Part shown: piece after piece, positions 63,921 through 64,000 of the stretch
How positions within the stretch are numbered: the first letter of the stretch is position 1
Layout: the number at the start of each line of letters is the position of its first letter
Origin: Anaerohalosphaeraceae bacterium
Lineage (GTDB): Bacteria > Planctomycetota > Phycisphaerae > Sedimentisphaerales > Anaerohalosphaeraceae
Reading direction: 5' to 3'
DNA: 64,000 nucleotides
Assembly (NCBI GenBank): GCA_963675525.2
Contig: CAXXSL010000001.1
Coordinates: forward strand, 224,001-288,000
The notes under the pieces: model-generated
Told to the model about the DNA's origin: nothing
The model's database searches: none
What the model saw: only the letters and a program-made list of their open reading frames with translations
Position numbers and translations under genes: made by a program

Positions 63921-64000
63921 TGTTCTATTCCTTCTCTTGAACCCTTTCAGGGTTATCGGGCGACTCACGTCGCCGCGCTTTTGTTTATCTTCATCCATGC

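Overview
This 64-kb bacterial chromosomal window is most likely from Planctomycetota, class Phycisphaerae. That is inferred from dockerin-like C-termini, a PEP-CTERM protein, and DUF2617, Minf_1886 and H-X9-DG-like proteins. The first ~10 kb encode glycan-active and secreted proteins: a GH115-GH8 fusion, a repeat/dockerin protein, a PL11 lyase and a TonB-dependent receptor. Most of the rest is housekeeping (fabZ-like, gdhA, udg, purF/purM, clpC, dnaE, tmk, holB, ricT, metG, sppA, lipid A acyltransferase), interrupted by a REP-associated Y1 transposase and a repeat-rich accessory zone at ~29.3-34.3 kb. Main candidates: (1) a radical SAM/SPASM gene followed by two otherwise unrelated membrane proteins that share an N-terminal 'GQS...PYxHLGY' motif, a possible new protein-modification system; (2) an intact IS110/IS1111-type element inserted in a REP, whose 3' non-coding region carries readable target- and donor-matching loops (putative bridge RNA); (3) two distant copies of a non-coding cassette (consensus promoter, hairpin, boxA-like motif, conserved ~60 nt), each followed by ~10.5-bp-phased repeats; (4) an RNase HI-PurN fusion. 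All calls come from reading the sequence and the ORF track; no database searches were run.
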